Positions 13,160 through 25,876 of a stretch of 64,000 bases of DNA are shown here, piece by piece. Both the position numbers and the translations under genes were made by a program. Source of the DNA: Octopus vulgaris. Lineage: Eukaryota. The DNA is taken from contig OX597820.1 of assembly GCA_951406725.2 (NCBI GenBank), positions 97,774,001 to 97,838,000 on the forward strand. Reading direction: 5' to 3'. Position 1 is the first letter of the stretch; each line of letters starts with the position of its first letter. The notes beneath the pieces are model-generated. The model made no database searches, was not told the DNA's origin, and saw only the letters and a list, made by a program, of their open reading frames with translations.

Positions 13160-14080
13160 AAACATAGAACCAACGTTGAACACTTTATTTGCAATATTAC
13201 CGAATCTAGAACTTAACTATGGTCTGTCTATAGCACTTATTCAGCATTACCTGACATCTTTGGGGCTCAATGACACCATTATCCTTTATATATATAGTAA
13301 TATAGAACTTGGTGGAAATGAATTTGATTCTACTATCAATGATCACATTAAAACTAAATCTGAGAGAAATGTAAAGAAATTATCTTAGCAATTGTTCTAC
13401 ACGGAAATCCTGTTATGTGAAAAATAAGTGTAATATATAGATGTAAAGTTACATTTAAGGGTAATGAATACTTTTACATCGGTGGGACATCATTGATTTT
13501 CAAGAGGAGACTGGGAAATCATTTGAGTTCATTTAGAGATAAAAATAAAAGGTTCCAAACAGGTTTTAGCAAATTACTCTGATCTATTAAAGACACAAAC
13601 TAATACTATACTATCAACGGGAAATTAATTTGTACTGCAAAACCAAACAGACCTGGAACTAAAAAATGTGACTTACGTTTAGAAGAATTTCACCAGATTT
13701 TTACATTTTACAGGCAATTCACATTTACCCAGTAAATATGAATAATAAACATTTAAACAAAAGAATGGTTTGAAATAATGGACTATAAGCGATTATGTAA
13801 ACGAAACTTGATTGGAGATTGTTCGCGTCAAACTTAACGGATATACAATATACATCACAGAGTAGATACACGAAAAACTTTAAACAGTTAAATAGAAGAA
13901 TATTAAGTAAAGACCCTGAAGAAACTGCACCGGTATTATAGTAAGGTTGCAACTACAACGGTTACTAATCGATGCATTTAAAACATGTGTAGGTCTATGT
14001 AAAGCTGTATATATTTTAAAAGATTTAAAGGTAATGTTATTCAACTTTGTAATAATCCTTACTATTATTATTGTTAATAT
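13160..14080 (+). mobile_element. Decayed Penelope-like element 3' end
   Basis: Remnant endonuclease C-terminus KLICTAKPNRPGTKKCDLRLEE (compare PLE KxCxLCLxEK), followed by a hammerhead and then (TA)n. Confidence 0.65.
13911..13996 (+). ncRNA. Hammerhead motif with long stem II (G12A)
   Basis: agacc-CTGAAGA-aactgca...tgcattt-AAAAC-atgt-GTA-ggtct; perfect 5-bp stem I. Confidence 0.8.
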
Positions 14081-14112
14081 ATACATGCATATATATATTA
14101 TATATATATCTT

Positions 14113-14201
<89 letters not shown>

Positions 14202-14218
14202 ATATATATATATATAAA

Positions 14219-14603
14219 CTAGCAGTATCGCCCGGCGTTGCTCAGGTTTGTAAGGAAATAACTATAAAGCATTTTTAGAGAGTTATAGCCAAAAAATAGC
14301 AAAAAAATGGAAAAAAAGCTATGGTAAAATTTTTTTTGAGAGTTAAAAAAGGTCGAGTTGCGTCCCCTAGACAGTCTGTGCTTTGTGTTTCTGATTCTCG
14401 ACCCCATGTCGAATTTATCGATTTTTTTCAGAACTGGGGGAACTTTTCAAAATTTTCGCTGCGTTAGTTTTGAATTATGACATTGGGCTATGTGTGTGTC
14501 AAGTTTCATCAGAATCGGTTGAAAGCCGTGGTCAGGGTGAGGGTACAACCAAACAGACACACAGAAACACACACAGACAAACTGCCGTTTATATAGAGAG
14601 AGA
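14219..14603 (-). mobile_element. Non-autonomous Helitron
   Basis: Minus strand starts TC and ends with GC-rich hairpin-CGATACTG-CTAG; sits between A and T; same termini as 23503-23894. Confidence 0.8.
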
Positions 14604-14989
14604 TAAAGATATATATATATATATATATATATACTTTTATTCTCTTACTTGTTTCAGTCAATTGATTGCACCCATGCTGGAGCCCAGTCTTTAGTCGAAC
14701 AAATCGACTCCAGGACATATTCTTTGTAAGCCTAGTACTTATTCTATCAGTCTTTTTTCCGAACCGCTAGGTTACGGGAACGTAAACACACTAACATCGG
14801 TTGTCAAGCAATGGTGGGGGACAAACACAGACACACACACAAATATACGCACATATATATATGACGGGCGTCCTTCAGTTTCCGTCTACCAAATCCACCC
14901 ATAAGGTCTTGGATGGCTCGTAACTATACGCTGAATCCCGAACCATGTGGATGGGAAGCAAGCTTCTTACCACACATATATATATATAC

Positions 14990-15880
14990 AATATGAGTGA
15001 CAAGGATGTATAAGTGTCAATTCATCACGGCCGTTTCGAGAGACTCCTTTAATTTATCAATGAAAGCATTATATCATTACAAAGAAAACCGTTCTCATCA
15101 AGTGACCGCATAGACTTCAAGCATAAAGGACAAATTAGCTATTTAAACATATTCATATCATCAATAGAGAGCAAATATTTACAATGATTCCGCTGCTAAA
15201 TTTTTTTGGCAGAATGAAAACAGGACAGTACAGTGACAGACAAACCAGAAATTAACATAGGCTAGAATAGTGGCGGCGGAGGATAAATGAGAGTAGTGAC
15301 CCTATTATCTACACATCAAAGACAATAGGGAGAATGTAGTCTTCAAAACATCTAAAATTAGATTTTTAGGGATTTATAAATAAATTACTATCATGACAGT
15401 CCATTCTAAGATTTATAAATAAATTGCTATCATGACAGACCGTTCTAAGAAAATGGAACTTTACATCCGGCTATGTCCTTTATGCTTGAAGTCTACGCTG
15501 TAATCTGATGAGAACAGTTTTCTTTGTAATGATGTAATGCTTTCATTTATCAGTTAAAGGAGTCGCTCGAAACAGCTGTAATGAATTGATACCTATGCAT
15601 CTTTCTTACTCATATTTTACTCACCTTCCCTGGAATTTGCACTTCACAAGTATTTGGAAAGTATCTTTATATAAAGTACATGTCTGACCAAACAAGAGTG
15701 GATTCACTCACTAAGTTGGATCGTGCCATCTGCACACACTGCAAGAACATCGGGTGGAAAAAAATTCTATGTAGGGTTTCACACTCACCTAATATTGCGT
15801 GAGTATGCACATAAGTTCGTCCTAACAAGGTGCTTCAATTTAATTACTTTATTCAACTAAATGAAAATTTACATTTTAAA
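14990..15880 (+). mobile_element. PLE-type element with inverted terminal repeats, each carrying a hammerhead (15022-15105 minus; 15501-15584 plus)
   Basis: 14990-15130 is the reverse complement of 15476-15615; CTGATGA...CTC-GAAAC-AGCT-GTA-atga versus TTGATGA...CTC-GAAAC-GGCC-GTG-atga; tail 15630-15880 resembles 55110-55325. Confidence 0.75.
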
Positions 15881-16003
15881 CACACACACACACATATATA
15901 TATATATGCATATATATATATATAGACATATATATATACATATAATATATATGCATATATATATGCGCGTGTTTTCCATGTATGTACCTATTTTGTGTGT
16001 ATG

Positions 16004-16041
<38 letters not shown>

Positions 16042-16401
16042 AATAATAATATTAGGGAGTAAATCCAAACTTACAGGGAAAAATTAGATTTAGGATTAAA
16101 TCAAATTTCACAGTATAAATATAAATTAAATTAGAGATAAAACCACTATTAGACAAATCAAACAGTGAAAAACATAAACCAAAACATAAAAATAAATATA
16201 ATTAATATAATATACAAAAATATAAAATATAAAATTTTAAATTAAATTATTTAAATTTAAAATTTTTATATATTTTTTATATTTTTAAATTTAAATTTAT
16301 AAATTTTTAAACTTTTAATTGTTTAATATTTATATTTATTTATTTTTTTATATAACTATCAAAATGTATTAAATAGTTTAATATAAGATAATAAGTAAAA
16401 C

Positions 16402-16496
16402 AACTACGTACGTTTCATGGCCATAACCCAATTCGAATTACAATAATTTAAATTCAATTAAAAATTCGAATTATAATTATAGTCAATTTTCAGGTT
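16402..16496 (-). ncRNA. Degenerate hammerhead motif in an AT-rich PLE terminal repeat
   Basis: aac-CTGAAAA-t-tgactataa...ttatggcca-t-GAAAC-gtac-GTA-gtt; same position relative to the tail as in the 9791-10187 family. Confidence 0.7.
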
Positions 16497-16816
16497 AAAT
16501 ATAATAGTTAAATAAATAAGCAAATATATTTAAACAATATTTTTAAATAAATAAATAAAATAATGATTTTTCTTATGAAAAACTCTATTATCAAATTAGA
16601 AACTTTAACGATTAGGATTATGTCATACAATCTAAATATAATGTTAAATATTAATTTTTTTTGGTAAAAGTAGATAGAAAATGTATTTATCTATTAATGG
16701 CTGTAAAAAACATAATAAACTCACTAATAACCTAATCTAAGTTATAGTCAATATCTAATTACTAAATTATTTAATAAAAAAGTAAAATATATACAGATAT
16801 ATAAATATATATGTGT

Positions 16817-16866
<50 letters not shown>

Positions 16867-17046
16867 TATACACGCATAAACACACCTATGCATACACGCA
16901 CACATATGTATACATACATACACACACATATATTCATACATGCATACTTGTATATATACCTTTGTGCATTATACATATATACGACTATAGCCTAGTCAAA
17001 GGAATAATTCATACAATGTCTGACTACACGATGGTGGACAGAGAGG

Positions 17047-17101
<55 letters not shown>

Positions 17102-17650
17102 TAATAATAATAATATGAAGAAGAAGAAGAAGAAGAACAACAACAACAACAACAACAATAATAGGGTAGATAGAATCGGATTTATAAGTTAAAATAGCAA
17201 GCGTCGCGCTACAAAACCGTATAATCTTTTCTTTTCTTTTCTTTTAAAATGTAACTTTAATTAAAATTATAAAAAAAATTTTTTTTCGTAAATTAATTGA
17301 ATTTTCATTAAAAAAACCTGAATTATTTTTGCTCCAATGTTTATTTGAACTGTTCTTCTCATATTCTATTTTTCACTTTCCGTCTTGTTAAATAAGTTTC
17401 TTTTGTTTCATGAATTTATCTGCCTGTGAACTTTTAATTTCTATGTTCTCTTAACTATTTTAGAGATAATTTTTTTTTTTGCAAATTTTATTTTCATTTC
17501 ATTTCGTTTGAAGACGAACAAATAAAGATTTGTGGGAAAGAATTACTCCTTCTATGAATAGTATATTTTAAGTGATTGCTATAATGCTTTTTGACACGTT
17601 TTCTCCTCTGTTTTTTGCGTAGTATATCTTATGTGTTTTCCCGTGTATTA

Positions 17651-17693
<43 letters not shown>

Positions 17694-17863
17694 TATACTT
17701 ATACGTTGGAGACATACATGTATACGTATATGCACGACAACTTATACTATCAGTACTCGTTATAGAATGCTTTGTATAAAATGGTATGTGTATTTGCGTG
17801 TGTTTGTTTACGTGTATATGTGTGTGTGTGTATGTAGGTATGCATGCACGTACACCCACACAC

Positions 17864-17902
<39 letters not shown>

Positions 17903-19140
17903 GAAAGAGTGAGAGAGAGAAAGAGAGAAAGAGAGAGACTCGCCGTTTTATTTTAGTATGATAATCTTGTCTTTTTTGGGATTGACGAAGTCGTACCCAG
18001 TATGGCATATTACTTAGACTTTCATATTTATTTCTTAAACTTATTGAGTGTGGAGAAAAAGCAGAGCTCATGCCGCTTGCAGGACATCCCATGTAAATGC
18101 CTTAAACTCTTCAACATGCACAATGTTATGGTCAGTTATTCTCGTGCATGATTAAATTAGCTTCAGCCACAAACCCACTCGAAATAGTCGCTCGTCTATC
18201 AGTCAAATCTGTCCACATGTTGACTCTGGAGATTCTGCTTTTCTAAAGTTTTATGCTGAACAAAGGTAATACATGAAGGTGACATCGAGATGGTATTACA
18301 GCAAACACGGTTTACTTCTTTCAAAATCTTCACTGATTTAGTTTAAGGAGCCGGGAAAATTCCATCTTTCAATTACACTTAGTCTGGTTACTTACCGCCC
18401 ACTGCTCATTTAACCACACGTTTGTTCTTGAGCAAAACACTTTATTTCACGTTACTCCAGTCCACTCAGCTGCGTACTAGTTCTGGCAGTTCTTGGGAAG
18501 TCAAGCTCCGAATTTATGACAACTAAGGCTCCTGATAGGCCTGTTCGCTGCACAGGCACTGATATGCTGTTAGTAAGAAAGAGAAGATATCGTTGGTAGG
18601 GCCAAACCATACTTTCATGGGGCACGAAAATGTAGCCTGAAGCACTTCGATCTGCCATGCGTAACAGCCGATGCAATGAACTAATGACGTTATATAACTA
18701 CACTGCAGCTCCTTGAGACAGCGGTAACAGTTACCTACCTATATTCAGTCCGCCCATGTGGTATAAGAAAAAAGAAAACATCTATCAGACCAATAATTCC
18801 ATCTGACCTAAGTTGACCAACAGATACCTAACGCTTTGTAGCTGTCATGAATTGGTCACATATTCTGTTACTGTGTCTCCAAATGCCTGAGGGTCCATGG
18901 CTCACTTCTTGCACTCGCGACGCTTCACATCGACCAAGAGATGATGGAAGCTTCAGCGAATGAGTTAGTTACCTTGAAGGATGAGAAATGGTATCAACGT
19001 GATGTCGAAGAACTGGTAAAAAGGGGAGCTTCAGATGTTGCAATACGATGATGTATACTTTGGATGCTAGGCTGCTTTTGTTGTCACGTGATGAATAAAG
19101 CAAGTTTATCAAAATATTGCAAATCTCCTGACTTAGCATA

Positions 19141-19206
<66 letters not shown>

Positions 19207-19283
19207 GGACGCCATGATAGAGCGTTAGCTCCTACACGCTTTTTTTTCACTCCTTTTTTTCTCTCCTTGTTTTTTTCTGTGTA

Positions 19284-19321
19284 TCTTTCTGTCGAAGAGC
19301 GTAGGCTCGAAACGTAAAAGA
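19284..19321 (+). ncRNA. Variant hammerhead (A6U core), family copy 1; element about 19205-19420
   Basis: tcttt-CTGTCGA-a-gagc(gtag)gctc-GAAAC-GTA-aaaga. Confidence 0.7.
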
Positions 19322-20088
19322 CTTGTTCTATTTCTAATCCTGAGCGCCATACTAATACATTTGTATGTTTGTACTCCACCTGCCTTCGTCTTTTGTTTAT
19401 TTTCGTAAACCTTTCCGTTATATATATATATATATATATTTTACATTTTACTTATTTTAGTAATTTGACTGTGGCCATGCGATATTTATATTTAAGCCTA
19501 GTACATATTTTATCGGTGTCTTTTATAGCATTGCTAAGTTACTGGGATGTAAACACACCAACACCGGTTGTCAAGCTGTGGTAGGAGGTACAAACACAGA
19601 CACACACACAAAATACATTCATAACAAATATATATATATGTGTGTACGACGGGCTTCTTTCAGTTTCCGTCTACCAAGTCCACTCACAAGGCTTTGGTCG
19701 ATCTGAAGCTATAGTAAAAGACACTTGCCCAAGTTGCCACGTAGTGGGACCGAACCAGGCACCGTATGTTTAGGAAGCAAGCTGCTTACCACAAAACCAC
19801 ATCATCTCTGTATAGCTTTTCGGTATCTGTTAATCTAGATATTTTTTCTTCCTTTTTGGCATGTAGGCCATCGATTATGTACCAAAAGCGTTAAGTGGTT
19901 CTGTAAATAGTACAATCAAAGTAGTTCAGAAACTTTAATAGCAGTTTGCTTACATGATTCCGAAAGAATAAATTTTGAGGAAAACATTTTTTTGCAAAGA
20001 CTACGCCTGATACAGATTAAGCTGTGAATATGTGTCACATCAAAGCAATTATAATACGATGACACACATAAATATGTACTAAATACAA

Positions 20089-20119
<31 letters not shown>

Positions 20120-20967
20120 TGTATGTATGTATGTATGTATTTGTGTGTGTATGTATGTATGTATGTATGTATGTATATATATAATTTGAATATATTAGTG
20201 TATACGTTTGTATATTTGTATATATTATAAACGTACATATTCACACATGTATGGAAGCAAACATACGTGCATATACATATGCACCAGTGCCACAGGTTTG
20301 GCCATTTTTCATGCAAATTTAGGGCACACGACAATATGGCTTACTTTTTCTCGTTTTTATTTAATTAAAAAATATGTTTTGAAAAGAAAACAAGGTAGAT
20401 ATAGAAAGAACGAATGAAAGAAATATAAATTCAAGGAATGGAACAAAACAAAAAAGTACAAACAAAGTAAGGATTGATATAGAGTCGAATGATCCAGTAA
20501 CCGGCACACAGTTCTGCAACTACGCTATCTTATCTAAGTTAGTAGGTCAAACATCTGACGGAGACAATATTAGGGGTAACCTTACTTTCATTTTTAATGA
20601 TTTTTTTAATGATGTTTTCTAAGACAACATTTCTTCTTTATTGTTCCATTTACCACTTCCCTATATTCGTATTTGTTTGTTTCCAAATTTTTGTTGTTTT
20701 GATTTGGCTGTGGTTTGGTTTATCACTGATGAGAATCTTTTATTCAGTATCATATTAATTTTCATGACATTTGCATTCCCAATAATAATAACAACAACAA
20801 CAACACAACACAACAACAACAACAACAACAATAACAATAACAACAACAACAACAACAATAATAATAAGGCCTGAAATTTTGGGGTGAGGGGATGAGTCGA
20901 TTGCATCGACCTCAGTAATTGATTGGTACTTATGAGAGAATGAAAGGCGAAGCCGGCCACAGTTCAA

Positions 20968-21079
<112 letters not shown>

Positions 21080-21099
21080 ATAATAATAATAATAATAAT

Positions 21100-21735
21100 A
21101 ACAAATGACAAACAGTTGGAAACACTATTAAAGACAGTTCATGGATTCACCAAAGAAATAGATATGAAATTTGGATTAGAAAAATGCGCCAAAGTAACCC
21201 TGAAAAGAGGAAAACTAGTTAAGAGTAGCAACATCACACTAGATAAAGCCAATGAAATAAGAGAATTAGACCAAAGCTAAACTTACAAATACTTAGGAAT
21301 CCATGAACTAGATAAGATACAACACACACAAATGAAAAAGAAATTAAAGAAAGAATACTATAGACGAGCTAGATCAATACTAAAAACAGAGTCAATGCTA
21401 AAAACAAGATAATAGGTATTAACACTTTAGCCGTCACAGTTATAAGTTACAGCTACAATATCCTTAACTGGACGCTAAATGAACTAGCTAAAATAGATAG
21501 GAAAACAAGAAAAATAATGACAGGATCTAGGATGCATCACCCAAAATCTGACATAGAAAGGCTATATATACAACGTATAGAAGGTGGAAAACTACTATAA
21601 AATAACCACCATAGGACTGCAAAAATACCTACTTCAGATGCAAGGAAAACTGATACAAATAGCGGTAAAACACGAGCAAAACAAAAAAAAATTCTCTGTA
21701 TTTGAGGAAGCTGACAAATACAAACAGGAAACCAT
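21100..21735 (+). mobile_element. R4/Dong-clade LINE reverse transcriptase fragment, after (TAA)/(CTA)n
   Basis: DIDMKFGLEKCA-like, YKYLGI, EYYRR..ILKTE, KIDRKTRK, MHHPKSDIERLY..RIEGG; contains stops and frameshifts. Confidence 0.85.
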
Positions 21736-21736
21736 A

Positions 21737-22295
21737 TTTGGTCGAAAACTTCCTGGAAAGTTCCGATGATTTCCCAACTTCCGGGAAATTTGGTCTAAAA
21801 TCGCCTGGAAAGTTCCAGGGACTTCCCACTTCCGGGAAAATTGGTCGAAAATTTCCGAGGTTTCCTACCTTCCGGGATATTTGGTCGAAAACTTCCTAGA
21901 AAGTTCCGAGGATTTCCTAGCTTCCATAAAAATTGGTCGAAAACTTCCTGTGAAGTTCCGGGGATTTTCTAACTCCCGGGAAATTTGGTCGAAAACTTCC
22001 TGGAAAGTTCCTATGATTTCCTACCTTCCGAGATATTTGGTCGAAAACTTCCTGGAAAGTTCTGGAGATTTCCTACCTTCCGGGAACTTTGGTCGAAAAC
22101 TTCCTGGAAAGTTCCGATGATTTCCTACCTCCCGGGAAATTTGGTCGAAAACTTCCTGGAAAGTTCTGAGTATTTTCTAACTTCTGGGAACTTTGGTCGA
22201 AAAGTTCCTGGGAAGTTACGAGGATTTTCTAACTTCCTGTAAATTTGGTCGAATAGTTCCTGGAAAGTTCCGAGTATTTTCTAACTTCCGGGAAA
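21737..22295. repeat. 52-bp minisatellite, about 11 units
   Basis: TTGGTCGAAAACTTCCTGGAAAGTTCCGAKGATTTCCTAMCTTCCGGGAAAT recurs at 21738, 21790, 21841 (short), 21881, 21933, 21985, 22037, 22089, 22141, 22193, 22245. Confidence 0.95.
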
Positions 22296-22820
22296 TGTCA
22301 GTGTTGAAATATGCAGATGATATCAAGCTGTACCTTGAAATAAAAAGAACAGATCCTATCCTGCAATCAGATCTGGATAGAATGCAGCAGTGGACCTCTG
22401 ACTGGCAACTCAGGCTATCTGTAGACAAGTGTGTCACCATGCATTTTGGGAGGAGAAATCTAGCTTTTACATACTCCCTCAGCAACACCAATCTCAAGAA
22501 GTCTTCTGGTGGACATGTTCTGGGTATTATTGTAAACAACAATCTGCATTGGACATACCACATATCTAAGATTGTCAATAAGGCTGAGGTGGTACTAGCA
22601 TCACTCAGTAAGACCTTTGTCAGTCACTCTCCAGTTATCTATTTAAAATTGTATACAACAATGTCCACACTTGGAATTTGCATCACCAGTCTGGAACCCC
22701 TCTCTTTCTTAGCATATAAATCTCCCGAAAACTGTTCAGAAATGTGCAACAAAGCGAATACCCACCGTCAGACATCTACCATACTCTGAAAGTCTTGCAT
22801 TCCTGGGCATGGATACCTTC
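22296..22820 (+). mobile_element. CR1-type LINE reverse transcriptase fragment
   Basis: LKYADDIKLY...LQSDLDRMQQWTSDWQLRLSVDKC..MHFGRRN...LGIIVNNNLHWTYHI. Confidence 0.85.
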
Positions 22821-22841
22821 CTACCTCTCTCACACACACTC

Positions 22842-22890
<49 letters not shown>

Positions 22891-22944
22891 ATCTATCTAC
22901 CTACTTACCTAACTAACTACCTGACTGCCTGTCTGTCTGTCTGC

Positions 22945-23014
<70 letters not shown>

Positions 23015-23502
23015 GTCTGTTTCTCTCTCTCTCTCTCTTTATCCATCTGTCTGTTTATCTGATGTTCTGCCTGTCTATCTGAGTGTGTTGTGTGTGTTGT
23101 GTGTGTGTTGTGTATGTGTTGTGCTATGTGTGTGTGTGTGTGCTGTTGTGTGTGCGTGCGTGCGTGCGTGTGTATGTATGTATGTGTGTGTGTGTGTGTG
23201 TGTGATCTAATCGCCGTTAGAAGCAACAATCCAGCTAAACTAACGACCAGCATGTTTTGATTGTGTCATTTAAGTTCAGTATATTAATCGAGAGCACACC
23301 TCCTTCAGTAGCCACACAATGCAAATAACCACTGCCACACCAACAGCAATTACCAACAAGATAGATTACAGAAAGTATATGATGTGATGCCACACACCCG
23401 GTGACACCTCTGTTCACACATTAAGGCTAGTACACAGCTTGTCATTCTCAGTCTCTTGCACAGTCTCTTGCAGTGCTACGCATGCATGCATTTTATTTAC
23501 GA

Positions 23503-23894
23503 CTAGCAGTATCGCCCGGCGTTGCTCGGGTTTGTAAGGGAAATAACTATATAAGCATTTTTAGAGAGTTATAGCCAAGAAATAGCAAACAAATGCATTA
23601 AAAATGGGAAAAAAATGATATTTTTTTTTAAATCGTTGACTCATCGTAGACATTTTTAGAGAGTTACTTCCCGTATATAATAGCGAAAAAATGCATTAAA
23701 ATGGAAAAAATGATGGTAATTTTCTTTTAAAATCGTAGACTCATCGTAGACGCGCGCTAATACCCAGAAGGGCTCGATATGAATCACGACTATAAGATAC
23801 CCGGTTTTGGTTAAACTGCACCGCAAAATATGGGAGTAGTTAGGAATCTAAATCGTAAGAGACAGACACACAACCTTACTTTTATATATAAAGA
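23503..23894 (-). mobile_element. Non-autonomous Helitron
   Basis: Minus: 5' TCTTTATATATAAAAG ... CCCGAGCAACGCCGGG-CGATACTG-CTAG 3'; A|T insertion site; internal tandem duplication. Confidence 0.85.
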
Positions 23895-24016
23895 TTTATA
23901 TATATCGACAATAGCAAGTGGAATATACAGTTCGAATTCATCTGCTTTACAAATGTATGCCAATGCAAACAACAGCAACAAGAACAACAACAACAACAAC
24001 AATGTCCTGATGCAGT

Positions 24017-24249
24017 ACCTATTTCTTTATTACCCACAAGGGGCTACACACAGAGGGGACAAACAAGGACAGACATAGGTATTAAGTCGATTACATCGAC
24101 CCCAGTGCGTAACTGGTACTTAATTTATCGACCTCGAAAGGATGAAAGGCAAAGTTAGCCTCGGCGGATTTTGAACTCACAACGTAACGACAGACGAAAT
24201 ATCGCTAAGCATTTCGCCTGGTGTGCTACCGTTTCTGCCAGCTCGCCGT
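24017..24249 (-). mobile_element. tRNA-derived Meta-domain SINE
   Basis: GGCGAGCTGGCAGAAAC head, GAGTTCAAA B box, CTTTGCCTTTCATCCTTTCG.GGTCGATAAATTAAGTACCAG Meta domain. Other copies at 33471-33690, 33857-34070, 38409-38632, 41492-41910, 51745-51880, 52170-52500, 56628-57275. Confidence 0.9.
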
Positions 24250-24782
24250 CCTGATACTGTACCAGGTATTGACTCTCATGACTTCTGATCTTAACTGATT
24301 GGAAGTGTCATCATGTGCATGTTTGTCTTGATGTGAAAGGTGGGCTGCAACAAATATATTACTCAATACCAGAAAATTGTCAATTGCTTAATTTTAACCA
24401 GTTGAACCTTTAGTGTGCATTTCTGATCACGGGCAAAAGTAGCGGGGGGGGGAGTATCATAACCATGTGTTGAGAGGGATTCGTTGGGGCATCGAATAAT
24501 TCACCTCTGAAAACATGTGTATTTCGTACGTCATCCTTAAGCACCACTTTTTCAGGGACCTTTTGATTGGGAAGGGCTATTCGATCCGAAGAAAATTCTA
24601 AGTGAGCCCCACCTGCAAGGTCATGCGCTGTTTATCTTGATATGAGATCACATGTCACGCATGTAGTTGTGATGCATGTACTTGGTGTTCGCTTTTCATA
24701 CGGGTAGTTATGATGGGTATATTGGGTTTCGTATATTTTTAACCTAATATCACTTTGATGGAGTGTGCTACTCTCTCACTCG
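24250..24782. mobile_element. Non-coding interspersed repeat of about 500 bp bounded by (TAA)/(CAA)n
   Basis: Homologous copies at 25497-25806 (partial) and 62560-63055; shared GTCCTGATGCAGTACCAGG...TCACTC termini. Confidence 0.8.
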
Positions 24783-24926
<144 letters not shown>

Positions 24927-24949
24927 GTAATAATAATAAAAAAATATAA

Positions 24950-25415
24950 AAGATCAGACAAAAAGGATATGTTTATTAATTGACATGAGTATTCCATGTG
25001 ATCACAATATAGCGGCGAAAGAATTTGACAAGATTAGTAAATATAAAGACTTGCTAATAGAAATTGAAAAAATGTGGCATCTCAAAGCGACTACAGTACC
25101 AGTGATTGTAGGATCTCTAGGAATGATAAAAAAAGGTACTGAAACCTATTTGAAAATGATTTCAGGCTTACCATCCCTACAGGAAGTGCAAAAAAGCGTA
25201 TTAACTGGAACGGCTCTTGTACTGAGAAGAGCACTATCGCTGTGAAAATAACATCCATCCATGAATTTATTTATTTATTAATTTTTGAAATACATATCTT
25301 ATCTGTGAATTTGCGTGTGTAATCTGGGAATACATACAATGAGCTTCTCTGCCCTAGGTGTATGGAAAACACTCGGCGAGAAACGGAAGAAAATTTGAAG
25401 AAAGAAGGAAAAAAC

Positions 25416-25416
<1 letters not shown>
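24950..25416 (+). mobile_element. R4/Dong LINE 3' end (restriction-like endonuclease plus 3' UTR) in (TAA)n
   Basis: LIDMSIPCD...KISKYKDLLIEIEKMWHLK...VPVIVGSLG...VQKSVLTGTALVLRRAL; (TAA)n on both sides; truncated 3' UTR copy at 32558-32690 (minus). Confidence 0.9.
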
Positions 25417-25485
<69 letters not shown>

Positions 25486-25804
25486 TGATAATGATAATGC
25501 CTGACACCATATAAGGCAGTGGCTCTTACGGCTTCTTATCTTAAGCGACTGGAAGTGATAACATATACATACTTCGTGTTGATGGGTTACAGCAAATATT
25601 TTGCTCAGTACCACAGATTTACTTGTCAGTTGCATGGTCTTAACCAGTTGAACATGTCTCTTAGTGGCTGAAGATATGTGCACCTCTGATTAGGAGCAGA
25701 AATGGTGGGGGAACATGATAACCATGTGCTGAAAGGGATTCTTTGGGGTTTGAATAATTCACTGTTGGAAACATGGGAGTTTCGTTCATCCTCCTCAAAC
25801 AGCC

Positions 25805-25874
<70 letters not shown>

Positions 25875-25876
<2 letters not shown>

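Noticed and set aside
20723-20770. CTGATGA followed by a GAAT/ATTC hairpin
   Set aside because: No GAAA and no stem I partner
21737-22295. CRISPR-like regular palindromic repeat
   Set aside because: Units are contiguous with no unique spacers, the context is eukaryotic, and there are no cas genes
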